Shown one piece after another: positions 1-10,032 of a DNA stretch of 64,000 bases (positions are counted from its first letter, which is position 1; each line of letters opens with the position of its first letter). The stretch is taken from the NCBI RefSeq assembly GCF_054482595.1, contig NZ_CM137008.1; one strand, 5' to 3'. Under the pieces are notes generated by a model. That model saw only the letters and a list, made by a program, of their open reading frames with translations, ran no database searches and had not been told where the DNA came from. The translations under genes were made by a program, and so were the position numbers.

Positions 1-503
1 CGAAATCACTGAATGCTCTTTGAGTATATCTTCGCTGTCAGGTAACCAATGAACCCGTTCCACATCCCGGGAGCTTCTGGTACTGCGCCGCTTCGTCCGG
101 TGACACAAAGCTCTTACATTGCCCATGGCATCCATAATCAACTGCTCCAGAACAGGGGCATCGAAATACGCCTTTCGGGCACATCACACCACTTTATATT
201 CCGGCATATCAGGAGCATAGTTCCGGGTCAGAAGTACCGGTCATCAGATCGAGCAGGATGTCAGTCAATGCTGCCCCCGGGATTAACTATGCAGAAACAG
301 TCCTGAGACACAGACAAGATCAGAGACGACGCACGCGTGTGGTTGATTGACACCAACGTGCGGGTTCAGCGAATCAGCGATCACGGTGCGATTTCGCGCC
401 ACAGTACACAATCAATAGTAAGCGTAAACTGACCGCCGTATGTAGCCATTAAGCCTGTATTGGTAACGTAGGTGCCCACTTTTTCAACTAGTGGACACCT
501 GTT

Positions 504-710
504 ATGGAACAGAAAATATTATCCGCAGAACCCCGCAGAACATTTTCAAATGAGTTTAAACTTCAAATGGTTAAACTGGCTTCACAACCAGGAGCCTCTG
601 TTGCCCGTATTGCCAGGGAACACGATATCAATGATAATCTTCTGCTCAAATGGCTCTGGCTGATCGGCCTTCCCCCACTTTTTACGCGAGGTGATTATGA
701 AGATCAATGA
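504..710 (+). pseudogene. IS3-family transposase OrfA-like fragment (HTH N-terminus, truncated)
   Basis: 68-aa ORF with the typical IS3/IS911 OrfA N-terminal pattern (RRTFSNEFKLQMVKL...SVARIAREHDINDNLLLKWL); too short for an intact orfA and no orfB follows. Confidence 0.5.
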
Positions 711-908
711 CTAGCCGTCGAACCGTGTGCATGAACTGCTGCACTGAAACTTCTCAGCTGTAAAGTAATCCTTACGCTACGTACTTCTCGGAGCGCTTAC
801 GATTAATCAGATGCAGTCCTGACTGGAAGAAAGAAAAATGGAAAAATAAGAGGAATTAATATATTCCACGTTCCTGAAATCCTGGAGGATATTAATGTCA
901 TCAAAATA

Positions 909-1925
909 TTAGCGAACGATAATCCCTAACAAAATACCCAGTACGCCAAAGTCAGCATCACTGGAGGTGGTGTTAGCAAAACCAATATCATCCAGCACAG
1001 GCAATAAGAATACTGGCGGGAAGGTAATAGGCAAGCCTTGAGCGAAGGCACCCAAAATCGCACCACGACGTCCCCCCGTTGCATTACCGAATACCCCTGC
1101 AGTTGCACCTACGAAGAAGTGCGGCACCATACCAGGAATAATCACGATCATGTTCAGCAGATACAACGTGAACATACCGATTAAACCTGCAGCAAAGCTG
1201 CTCAGGAAACCAACCAGTATAGCGTTAGGTGCGTAAGGGAAGACGACCCGGGAATCGAGAGCTGGTCTGGCATTCGGAACCAGCTTGTCTGAAATACCTT
1301 TGAATGCCGGGACAATCTCCGCAATCACCATGCGCACACCCTGCAGAATGATGTAAACACCTGCTGCGAAGGTAATAGATTGCATGATGGAGAACATGAA
1401 CCAGTTTTTACCACCACTAAGCTCTTTCACCACATCTGCACGCGCAAACAGGCACGTCACCAGGAAAATTATGCTCATGGTAAAAGAGATAGCAACCGGC
1501 GTGTCGCGCAAGAACAGCAGACTTTTCGGCACATTCATGTCTTCAGTCGAGTGGTCTTTATTACCAAACTTGCTGCCGATGAAACCGGCCAATACATAAG
1601 ATAATGTTGAGAAGTGGCCGATGGCAACGTCATCAGAACCGGTCACTTTCTTCATGTACGGATGCGCAATAGCCGGGAAAAAGACCATTGCCACGCCAAC
1701 AACCAAAGAGCCAACGGCTATAAGCGTAATGCCGGTCATGCCTGCTGTTGCCAGAATTACCGCTACCATCATCGACATAAACAACGTGTGATGACCGGTC
1801 AGGAAGATAAATTTCCACGGTGTGAAACGGGCAATCAGAATGTTGATAACCATCAGAAACGCTGGACTATCCCTCGGAAACGTTAGCTGAGATCCGCCAT
1901 ACCGGCGCACGAGCCGGGCTGGCAT
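909..1925 (-). CDS. PTS sugar transporter EIIC, SgaT/UlaA-like; probably N-terminally truncated, ORF start likely spurious
   Basis: 338-aa polytopic membrane ORF with glycine-rich transmembrane segments typical of L-ascorbate-family EIIC; shorter than the usual 420-480 aa; it abuts a truncated epimerase fragment on the opposite strand. Confidence 0.45.
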   Translation of the reverse strand: MPARLVRRYGGSQLTFPRDSPAFLMVINILIARFTPWKFIFLTGHHTLFMSMMVAVILATAGMTGITLIAVGSLVVGVAMVFFPAIAHPYMKKVTGSDDVAIGHFSTLSYVLAGFIGSKFGNKDHSTEDMNVPKSLLFLRDTPVAISFTMSIIFLVTCLFARADVVKELSGGKNWFMFSIMQSITFAAGVYIILQGVRMVIAEIVPAFKGISDKLVPNARPALDSRVVFPYAPNAILVGFLSSFAAGLIGMFTLYLLNMIVIIPGMVPHFFVGATAGVFGNATGGRRGAILGAFAQGLPITFPPVFLLPVLDDIGFANTTSSDADFGVLGILLGIIVR

Positions 1926-1981
1926 TTAATCCGGCGACCCCAATCGACGCCTGGCAATATCTGGCGTCTGAGCTGGACGGC

Positions 1982-2221
1982 GTGATGGTGATGACCTGTG
2001 AGCCCGATGGGCACGGACAGCGGTTTATTCCCTCTATGTGCGAGAAAATCCAAAAAGTACGCACGGCTTTTCCTCAGACCGAGTGCTGGGCCGACGGTGG
2101 AATTACGCTGGCGGCAGCACAGCAACTGGCTGCAGCCGGGGGGCAGCATATGGTGATTGGGCGCGTCTTGTTCTTTTCATCTGACTATCGCGCGACCTTA
2201 GTTCAATTCGCCACCCTGTAA
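1982..2221 (+). pseudogene. sgcE: Ribulose-phosphate 3-epimerase C-terminal fragment (sgcE-like remnant)
   Basis: 79-aa ORF matching the C-terminal part of Rpe-family epimerases (FIPSMCEKIQKVR...DGGI...AAGG...VIGRVLF); lies immediately upstream of sgcR as in the K-12 sgc locus; N-terminal ~2/3 missing. Confidence 0.6.
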
Positions 2222-2237
2222 GAGGAGATTGTTTCTG

Positions 2238-3020
2238 ATGAGCCAACAGAGACCTGACCGTATCAAACAGATGCTGCACTACCTGTGGCAACATCGTCAC
2301 CTCTCCACACAGCAGGCCATGGAGCTTTTTGGCTATGCGGAGGCGACTGTCCGTCGTGATTTTCAGTATATTGCCAACCAGTACCCAGGCATGATCCGCG
2401 GTCACGGTTGTCTCGACTTCGACGACAGTACTGACGACAAAGAGTACGTTTTCGATGTGAAACGTACATTGCAATCTGTGGCGAAGAGAGAAATAGTCGC
2501 CCTTGCCCGAACGATGATCAAAGATGGCGACTGCTTTTTTCTCGACTCCGGCTCAACCTGCCTCGAACTGGCGAAATGCCTGGCCGATGCACGGGTGAAG
2601 GTCTCCTGCAACGACATTAAAATCGCCAATGAGCTGGGCTGTTTTCCCCATGTGGAAAGCTATATTATCGGTGGACTGATTCGCCCGGGGTATTTTTCGG
2701 TAGGAGAGAGTCTGGCGCTGGAGATGATCAATGCCTTTTCCGTAGAACGTGCGTTTATCTCCTGCGATGCGCTGTCGCTGGAGACGGGGATCACCAATGC
2801 CACCATGTTTGAGGTCCGGGTGAAAACACGGATTATTCAACGCTCGCGTGAAGTTATTCTCATGGCCGAACACTCAAAATTTGATGCCGTTGAGCCGCAT
2901 GCTGTAGCAACACTCTCATGTATTAAAACGATCATTAGTGACAGCGGGTTACCTGAGACTATTGCACAGCGTTATCAGCGAGCCGGATGTCAGTTGTTTT
3001 TACCTCATTCAATAAAGTGA
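2238..3020 (+). CDS. sgcR: DeoR-family transcriptional regulator SgcR
   Basis: N-terminal HTH plus DeoR C-terminal sugar-phosphate domain; sequence from MSQQRPDRIKQMLHYLWQHRHLSTQQAMELFGY matches my recollection of K-12 SgcR. Confidence 0.8.
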   Translation: MSQQRPDRIKQMLHYLWQHRHLSTQQAMELFGYAEATVRRDFQYIANQYPGMIRGHGCLDFDDSTDDKEYVFDVKRTLQSVAKREIVALARTMIKDGDCFFLDSGSTCLELAKCLADARVKVSCNDIKIANELGCFPHVESYIIGGLIRPGYFSVGESLALEMINAFSVERAFISCDALSLETGITNATMFEVRVKTRIIQRSREVILMAEHSKFDAVEPHAVATLSCIKTIISDSGLPETIAQRYQRAGCQLFLPHSIK

Positions 3021-3392
3021 TAGGTAAGTTCGTTCGAGAGGGATTTCAAGCAAAAACAATCAATGGCACCCAATAGAAAATATTGGCGATGTGCTCGAAC
3101 GAATAAAGAAGCCCTATGCGCAATCCACACGCTACGATGTTGCAACAACACTCCATCTACTTTTTATTCTCATTCACTAAATGTGGCTGTTCTGGATTCA
3201 TTATTCAAAGTGTGTACAAGATCACATTTAATCACTTCATTACGGTTCAGCATGCTGAACAAAGCATATTTTCCACTATGTAATGCCGATACCATTTATT
3301 CCATGAGCAAGGAGGAGCCATTATGGTTCGCAAAGGGGGTGATGCTGCCAACTTACTGATTTAGTGTATGATGGTGTTTTTGAGGTGCTCCA

Positions 3393-3668
3393 GTGGCTTC
3401 TGTTTCTATCAGCTGTCCCTCCTGTTCAGCTACTGACGGGGTGGTGCGTAACGGCAAAAGCACCGCCGGACATCAGCGCTATCTCTGCTCTCACTGCCGT
3501 AAAACATGGCAACTGCAGTTCACTTACACCGCTTCTCAACCCGGTACGCACCAGAAAATCATTGATATGGCCATGAATGGCGTTGGATGCCGGGCAACAG
3601 CCCGCATTATGGGCGTTGGCCTCAACACGATTTTACGTCACTTAAAAAACTCAGGCCGCAGTCGGTAA
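3393..3668 (+). CDS. insA: IS1 InsA
   Basis: 91-aa product [43 protein letters not shown]... is the canonical IS1 InsA. Confidence 0.95.
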
Positions 3669-4090
3669 CCTCGCGCATACAACCGGGCAGTGACGTCATC
3701 GTCTGCGCGGAAATGGACGAACAGTGGGGCTATGTCGGGGCTAAATCGCGCCAGCGCTGGCTGTTTTACGCGTATGACAGGCTCCGGAAGACGGTTGTTG
3801 CGCACGTATTCGGTGAACGCACTATGGCGACGCTGGGGCGTCTTATGAGGCTGCTGTCACCCTTTGACGTGGTGATATGGATGACGGATGGCTGGCCGCT
3901 GTATGAATCCCGCCTGAAGGGAAAGCTGCACGTAATCAGCAAGCGATATACGCAGCGAATTGAGCGGCATAACCTGAATCTGAGGCAGCACCTGGCACGG
4001 CTGGGACGGAAGTCGCTGTCGTTCTCAAAATCGGTGGAGCTGCATGACAAAGTCATCGGGCATTATCTGAACATAAAACACTATCAATAA
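3587..4090 (+). CDS. insB: IS1 InsB (normally expressed as InsAB' by -1 frameshift)
   Basis: 167-aa product ...[72 protein letters not shown] is canonical IS1 InsB. Confidence 0.9.
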
Positions 4091-4322
4091 GTTGGAGTCA
4101 TTACCGAATCAACCTATGGTGCGGTATGTTTAAGTATGCCGGTATTCAATATGTATAACAGAGTTAACTATGCAATCTCACTTTCTGGCGATCCGGTAAT
4201 TTATTCAGGAAATAAGATAGACAGCTATCTGGAGTTGCTCCGGAAATGCACAGGGCAAATATCATATGGGCTGGGATACAGAAACGAAAATGAACATTTA
4301 CGAAAAGGAAACTGAGGTAATG

Positions 4323-5225
4323 AAAAAATTCAGCGGCATTATTCCACCGGTATCCAGCACGTTTCATCGTGACGGAACCCTTGATAAAAAGGCAATGCGC
4401 GAAGTTGCCGACTTCCTGATTAATAAAGGGGTTGACGGGCTGTTTTATCTGGGTACCGGTGGTGAATTTAGCCAGATGAATACAGCCCAGCGCATGGCGC
4501 TCGCCGAAGAAGCTGTAACCATTGTCGACGGGCGAGTGCCGGTATTGATTGGCATCGGTTCCCCTTCCACTGACGAAGCGGTCAAACTGGCGCAGCATGC
4601 GCAAGCCTGCGGCGCTGATGGTATCGTCGCCATCAACCCCTACTACTGGAAAGTTGCGGCGCGGAATCTTGACGACTACTACCAGCAGATCGCCCGCAGC
4701 GTCACACTGCCGGTGATCCTGTACAACTTTCCGGATCTAACCGGTCAGGACTTAACCCCGGAGACCGTGAAACGTCTGGCACTGCAAAATGAAAATATCG
4801 TCGGCATCAAAGACACCATCGACAGCGTCGGCCATCTGCGCACGATGATCAACACCGTTAAGTCTGTACGTCCGTCATTTTCGGTATTCTGCGGCTTCGA
4901 CGACCATTTACTGAATACCCTGCTGCTGGGCGGCGATGGCGCGATATCCGCCAGCGCTAATTTTGCTCCGGAACTCTCTGTCGGTATCTACCGCGCCTGG
5001 CGCGAGGGCGATCTGGCAACTGCCGCCACCCTGAATAAAAAGCTCCTGCAACTGCCCGCGATTTACGGCCTTGAAACGCCGTTTGTCTCACTGATCAAAT
5101 ACAGCATGCAGTGCGTGGGGTTGCCGGTGGAGACATATTGCCTGCCGCCGATTCTTGACGTCTCAGAAGAAGCCAAAGAAAAAGTCCACGCACTGCTGGC
5201 CGCGCAGGGCATTTTATCGGACTGA
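4323..5225 (+). CDS. yjhH: 2-dehydro-3-deoxy-D-pentonate aldolase (DapA/NAL family), YjhH/YagE-like
   Basis: DapA-family TIM barrel; from MKKFSGIIPPVSSTFHRDGTLDKKAMREV it is near-identical to my recollection of E. coli YjhH; directly followed by the yjhG-like dehydratase. Confidence 0.85.
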   Translation, partial: KKFSGIIPPVSSTFHRDGTLDKKAMREVADFLINKGVDGLFYLGTGGEFSQMNTAQRMALAEEAVTIVDGRVPVLIGIGSPSTDEAVKLAQHAQACGADGIVAINPYYWKVAARNLDDYYQQIARSVTLPVILYNFPDLTGQDLTPETVKRLALQNENIVGIKDTIDSVGHLRTMINTVKSVRPSFSVFCGFDDHLLNTLLLGGDGAISASANFAPELSVGIYRAWREGDLATAATLNKKLLQLPAIYGLETPFVSLIKYSMQCVGLPVETYCLPPILDVSEEAKEKVHALLAAQGILSD

Positions 5226-5235
5226 GGAGAAGATC

Positions 5236-7203
5236 ATGTCTGTTCGCCATATTTTTGCTGACGAAAGTCGCGATATCTACACCGTCAGAACCCACGCCGA
5301 TGGCCCTGACGGAGAACTGCCGCTTACGGCGGAAATGCTCATCAACCGCCCGAGCGGGGATCTGTTCGGGATGACCATGAATGCCGGAATGGGCTGGTCC
5401 CCAGACGAACTGGATCGGGACGGTATTCTACTGCTCAGCACGCTGGGAGGGTTACGCGGGGCAGACGGTAAGCCCATCGCGCTGGCGCTGCACCAGGGTC
5501 ACTACGAGCTGGATATCCAGATGAAAGCGGCCGCGGAGGTCATCAAAGCGAACCGTGTCCTGCCCTATGCCGTGTATGTTTCCGATCCGTGCGACGGACG
5601 AACTCAGGGTACGACGGGTATGTTTGACTCGCTACCGTACCGTAATGACGCCGCCATGGTGATGCGTCGTCTAATCCGCTCTCTGCCCGATGCGAAAGCC
5701 GTCATTGGCGTGGCGAGCTGCGACAAGGGACTTCCGGCCACCATGATGGCACTTGCCGCGCAGCATGACAAAGCGACGGTGCTGGTGCCCGGTGGCGCGA
5801 CGCTACCCGCAAGGGATGGGGAGGATAACGGCAAGGTGCAGACCATCGGCGCCCGCTTCGCCAATGGCGAGTTATCGCTACAGGATGCCCGCCGTGCGGG
5901 TTGTAAAGCCTGCGCCTCCTCCGGCGGCGGCTGTCAATTTCTGGGCACCGCCGGGACATCGCAGGTCGTAGCCGAAGGATTAGGACTGGCCATCCCGCAC
6001 TCAGCACTGGCCCCTTCCGGCGAACCGGTGTGGCAGGAGATAGCCAGAGCCTCCGCGAAGGCGGCGTTGAACTTATGTAAACAAGGCATCACCACCCGGG
6101 AAATACTCACCGATAAAGCGATTGAGAATGCGATGACGGTCCATGCGGCGTTCGGTGGTTCAACAAATCTGTTGCTGCATATTCCGGCGATTGCCCATCA
6201 GGCCGGCTGCCATATTCCAACCGTTGACGACTGGATCCGCATCAACAAGCGGGTGCCCCGACTGGTAAGCGTACTCCCCAATGGTCCGGTTTATCACCCG
6301 ACAGTGAATGCCTTCATGGCGGGAGGTGTGCCGGAGGTGATGCTGCATCTTCGTAGTCTGGGATTGCTGCATGAAGACGTGATGACGGTCACCGGCAGCA
6401 CGCTGAAAGAAAACCTGGACTGGTGGGAGCATTCCGAACGGCGTCAGCGGTTCAAACAGCTTCTGCGCGAACAGGAGCAGATCGATGCCGACGAGGTGAT
6501 CATGTCGCCACAGCGGGCACGGGAGCGCGGCCTGACCTCAACGATCACTTTCCCGGTGGGCAATATTGCCCCGGAAGGGTCGGTTATCAAATCCACCGCC
6601 ATCGATCCCTCGGTGATTGATGATCGGGGCATCTATTACCATAAAGGCGTGGCGAAGGTTTATCTGTCCGAGAAAAGCGCGATTTACGATATCAAGCACG
6701 AGAAGATTAAAGCGGGCGATATTCTGGTCATCATCGGCGTTGGCCCTTCCGGCACCGGGATGGAGGAAACCTACCAGGTCACCAGCGCCCTGAAACATCT
6801 GTCCTATGGCAAGCATGTTTCACTGATCACCGATGCGCGTTTCTCGGGTGTTTCCACGGGAGCCTGTATCGGCCACACAGGGCCAGAAGCACTGGCCGGA
6901 GGGCCAATCGGTAAATTACGCACCGGAGATATTATTGAAATTAAAATTGATTGTCGCGAGCTTCAGGGCGAAGTCAATTTCCTCGGAACCCGTAACGATG
7001 AAACATTACCCTCACGGGAGGAGGCCACCGCAATATTAAACGCCCGACCCAGTCATCAGGATTTACTTCCTGATCCTGAGCTGCCCGATGACACCCGACT
7101 CTGGGCGATGCTCCAGGCGGTAAGCGGCGGGACATGGACGGGTTGTATTTATGATGTAAATAAAATCGGCGCGGCCTTGCGCGATTATATGAATAAGAAC
7201 TGA
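5236..7203 (+). CDS. yjhG: D-xylonate dehydratase (IlvD/EDD family), YjhG/YagF-like
   Basis: IlvD/EDD-family protein starting MSVRHIFADESRDIYTVRTHADGPDGELPL, with CDGRTQG and SCDKG motifs; near-identical to remembered YjhG. Confidence 0.85.
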   Translation: MSVRHIFADESRDIYTVRTHADGPDGELPLTAEMLINRPSGDLFGMTMNAGMGWSPDELDRDGILLLSTLGGLRGADGKPIALALHQGHYELDIQMKAAAEVIKANRVLPYAVYVSDPCDGRTQGTTGMFDSLPYRNDAAMVMRRLIRSLPDAKAVIGVASCDKGLPATMMALAAQHDKATVLVPGGATLPARDGEDNGKVQTIGARFANGELSLQDARRAGCKACASSGGGCQFLGTAGTSQVVAEGLGLAIPHSALAPSGEPVWQEIARASAKAALNLCKQGITTREILTDKAIENAMTVHAAFGGSTNLLLHIPAIAHQAGCHIPTVDDWIRINKRVPRLVSVLPNGPVYHPTVNAFMAGGVPEVMLHLRSLGLLHEDVMTVTGSTLKENLDWWEHSERRQRFKQLLREQEQIDADEVIMSPQRARERGLTSTITFPVGNIAPEGSVIKSTAIDPSVIDDRGIYYHKGVAKVYLSEKSAIYDIKHEKIKAGDILVIIGVGPSGTGMEETYQVTSALKHLSYGKHVSLITDARFSGVSTGACIGHTGPEALAGGPIGKLRTGDIIEIKIDCRELQGEVNFLGTRNDETLPSREEATAILNARPSHQDLLPDPELPDDTRLWAMLQAVSGGTWTGCIYDVNKIGAALRDYMNKN

Positions 7204-7309
7204 AAGCAAAAATAAAAACATCCAGACACCTGAATTATCCGGTTACGCATTATTCATCCTGTGCGCAGCCGGATAATGACGGGTCGTTACCCTATGATGA
7301 GAGGACGTT

Positions 7310-8659
7310 ATGCCACTAATTATCGTTGTGGCAGGGATTGCTTTACTCCTGCTTTTAACCATAAAAATTAAGCTTAATACGTTTGTTTCGTTAATTATTG
7401 TCTCGATTGCTGTCGCCATCGCCAGTGGTATGGATTTGAGTAAAGTCGTCACCTCAGTCGAATCCGGACTTGGCGGTACGCTGGGCCATATTGGTTTGAT
7501 ATTTGGGTTCGGTGTTATGCTCGGTCGCTTGCTGGCCGATGCGGGGGGGGCGCAGCGAATAGCGCTGACCATGCTGAATTATTTCGGGAAAAATAAACTT
7601 GACTGGGCAGTGGTCTGTTCGGCGTTTATTGTCGGTATCGCACTTTTTTTCGAAGTCGGTTTAATTCTTCTGGTACCTATTTTATTCGCTATTGCCCGTG
7701 AAGCAAAAATATCACCGATGTTTATGTGTGTGCCGATGCTTTCCGGTTTGCTGGTCGCACACGGTTTTTTGCCGCCGCACCCCGGCCCGACAGTAATCGC
7801 CAGAGAATATGGTGCTGATGTAGGATTGGTACTGATATACGGTATCATTGTCGGCATTCCAACCTTTATTCTTTGCGGCCCGGTATTGAATAAATTCTGC
7901 CAGCGCATTATTCCGGAAGCCTTTAAAAAAGAGGGGAATATAGCCTCTCTCGGCGCGACCCGCCGGTTCAGCGAAAGCGAAATGCCTGGCTTTGGGATCA
8001 GTTTTCTCACGGCAATGCTGCCGGTGATCCTGATGGCGGTTGTCACCATCATCCAGATGACTCATGCCAAAAGTGCCGCGGATTCAGGCTTATTCTACAA
8101 CGTGCTACTGTTCTTAGGTAATTCGACGATCGCCATGCTGATTTCACTGCTGTTCGCGATCTATACCATGGGCCTGGGGCGCGGGAAAACAATCCCTGAC
8201 CTGATGGATTCTTGCGGAAAAGCTATCGCGGGTATTGCCGGTCTGCTGCTGATTATCGGTGGTGGTGGTGCATTCAAGCAAGTTCTCATCGACTCTGGCG
8301 TTGGTCAGTATATTTCCACCCTGGTTTCGGGTATGGATATTAACCCGATCCTGATGGCCTGGGGCGTGGCCGCATTCCTGCGTATTTGTCTGGGTTCAGC
8401 CACCGTCGCGGCGATCTCTACCGCCGGTCTGGTCATCCCATTGTTGGCAGTACATCCCAATACCAACCTGGCCTTGATTACGCTGGCTACCGGTGCCGGA
8501 TCCTGTATTTGTTCTCACGTTAACGATGCCAGTTTCTGGATGATTAAAGACTTTTTTGGCCTGACCACCAAAGAAACGCTGTTATCCTGGACGCTGATGT
8601 CCACACTCTTATCCATCAGTGGGCTGATTTTTATTCTGCTCGCCAGCTTAGTTTTATAA
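7310..8659 (+). CDS. yjhF: GntP-family permease (sugar-acid:H+ symporter), YjhF-like
   Basis: 449-aa polytopic membrane protein of the GntP type; position downstream of yjhG matches the K-12 yjhF arrangement. Confidence 0.8.
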   Translation: MPLIIVVAGIALLLLLTIKIKLNTFVSLIIVSIAVAIASGMDLSKVVTSVESGLGGTLGHIGLIFGFGVMLGRLLADAGGAQRIALTMLNYFGKNKLDWAVVCSAFIVGIALFFEVGLILLVPILFAIAREAKISPMFMCVPMLSGLLVAHGFLPPHPGPTVIAREYGADVGLVLIYGIIVGIPTFILCGPVLNKFCQRIIPEAFKKEGNIASLGATRRFSESEMPGFGISFLTAMLPVILMAVVTIIQMTHAKSAADSGLFYNVLLFLGNSTIAMLISLLFAIYTMGLGRGKTIPDLMDSCGKAIAGIAGLLLIIGGGGAFKQVLIDSGVGQYISTLVSGMDINPILMAWGVAAFLRICLGSATVAAISTAGLVIPLLAVHPNTNLALITLATGAGSCICSHVNDASFWMIKDFFGLTTKETLLSWTLMSTLLSISGLIFILLASLVL

Positions 8660-9005
8660 TCGGGTTCTTGCCAGTGAGCCAACCTGTTGTTCACTGTCCC
8701 CCATAATTTAGTGAGTGACGGCAACCGTCTGCACGGTGACGAATCGCTGGCGATCAAAAAGGGGCGATATTGAACCGTCGATTATGCTTGTTGAGTGTAC
8801 TCTCAGTAATACTGTAAAGCCGGAGCATGTCTCCGGCTTTACAGTATGGGGGAACAGCGGGAGATCGCTCAAATGGTATGCTGGTTTATTTCATGTAAAA
8901 GAATAAAATATCTGTATAAAATCATGCCACTGGCAATCTGCATCAACTCTCCGGGTAAACAGGGTTAAGATGAGCATTTCCCCGGTTTAATACAGGTATA
9001 CAAAA

Positions 9006-9992
9006 GTGGATAGAGATCAAACAAACAGCAGCCTGTTCAATGATGATCCCGTACTTCATGCAACATGGCTGTACTATCAGGAAGGCAAAAGCCAGACTGA
9101 AGTTGCAGCTATCATGGGGGTGTCCCGCGTCACGGTTGTCAAATACCTGCAAACAGCCCGGGAAAATGGACTGGTTCATATCAACCTGGATGTGAATGTC
9201 TTTGGCTCTATCGACGCTGCTTTGCAAATTCGCGATAAATTCAATCTCCTGAGAGTGATCATCGTGCCGGATGGCGAACATGCCGGAAAACGTGATGATA
9301 CAAAGCTGATGCGGACTCGCCTTTCACGTGCCGGTGGCATGTATCTGAATCAGGTGATTGAGAATGGTGATGTGCTGGGGGTTGCCTGGGGAAGAACAAT
9401 CCATCAGATGAGCAAAACCATGACGCCGAAGTCATGTAAAAATGTCACCGTTATACAGATGCTCGGTTCCATGCCATCTCAGCCAGACCTGACGATCATT
9501 GAATCCTCATCGCAAATCGCCTACAAGCTTTCAGGCCGTGTCGCTTCGCTGCACGTGCCCGCCGTGGTATCAAGCGCCAGACTGGCCATGGAGTTACAGG
9601 CAGAGCCTATTATTCGATCGAATTTTGACGTTCTGACTCGCTGTACGAAAGCCTTTTTTGTCGTGGGTAACACGCTTGATGAAAATCCCCTGATTCGGGT
9701 GGGCGTGCTGAATAAGAAGGAAATGCAGACGTATCGAGATTTAGGCGCAGTAGGTGTCATTTGTGGCCGCTTCTATGACAAGGAAGGGATGCCCGTCGTG
9801 GCTGATGTTGACCAGCGTATTCTGGGAATCAGTCTGGCTCAGTTAAGGCAGATTGAACGGAAGATCTTTCTTGCTGGTGGCGAAAGAGGCTATGACGCAA
9901 CGTTGGGTGCCTTGCTGGGAGGATATGTCACTGACCTGATTGTTGATGAAGGAACGGCAGAGTTTTTGCTGGCGTGTGAATTACCACACTAA
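9006..9992 (+). CDS. yjhU: SorC/DeoR-like sugar-binding transcriptional regulator, YjhU-like
   Basis: N-terminal HTH (SQTEVAAIMGVSRVTVVKYLQTARENGLV) followed by a SorC-type sugar-phosphate-binding domain; GTG start as given by the ORF track; position after yjhF matches K-12 yjhU. Confidence 0.7.
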   Translation: MDRDQTNSSLFNDDPVLHATWLYYQEGKSQTEVAAIMGVSRVTVVKYLQTARENGLVHINLDVNVFGSIDAALQIRDKFNLLRVIIVPDGEHAGKRDDTKLMRTRLSRAGGMYLNQVIENGDVLGVAWGRTIHQMSKTMTPKSCKNVTVIQMLGSMPSQPDLTIIESSSQIAYKLSGRVASLHVPAVVSSARLAMELQAEPIIRSNFDVLTRCTKAFFVVGNTLDENPLIRVGVLNKKEMQTYRDLGAVGVICGRFYDKEGMPVVADVDQRILGISLAQLRQIERKIFLAGGERGYDATLGALLGGYVTDLIVDEGTAEFLLACELPH

Positions 9993-10004
9993 AAGAATGA
10001 ACAA

Positions 10005-10028
10005 CTGCCCCATGTGGATATGGGGCAG
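10005..10028. terminator. Bidirectional hairpin between convergent yjhU-like and permease genes
   Basis: Perfect 9-bp inverted repeat CTGCCCCAT-gtggat-ATGGGGCAG followed by a T-rich tract, between two convergent stop codons. Confidence 0.6.
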
Positions 10029-10032
10029 GATT

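Larger units (their letters stand above)
3338..4105 (+). mobile_element. IS1 insertion sequence, 768 bp, with intact insA and insB
   Basis: Left end GGTGATGCTGCCAACTTACTGATTTAGTGTATGATGG and right end AAGTTGGAGTCATTACC; InsA (3393-3668) and InsB (3587-4090) translations are canonical IS1. No matching 8-9 bp direct repeat seen at the flanks. Confidence 0.95.

Noticed and set aside
9006-9992. The SorC-type regulator as the dedicated regulator of the adjacent DHAP-shunt operon
   Set aside because: Its position and orientation directly after the GntP permease match the K-12 yjhF-yjhU arrangement, and it ends at a bidirectional terminator facing the shunt operon. It more likely belongs to the pentonate module, though regulation of the shunt genes by it is not excluded.
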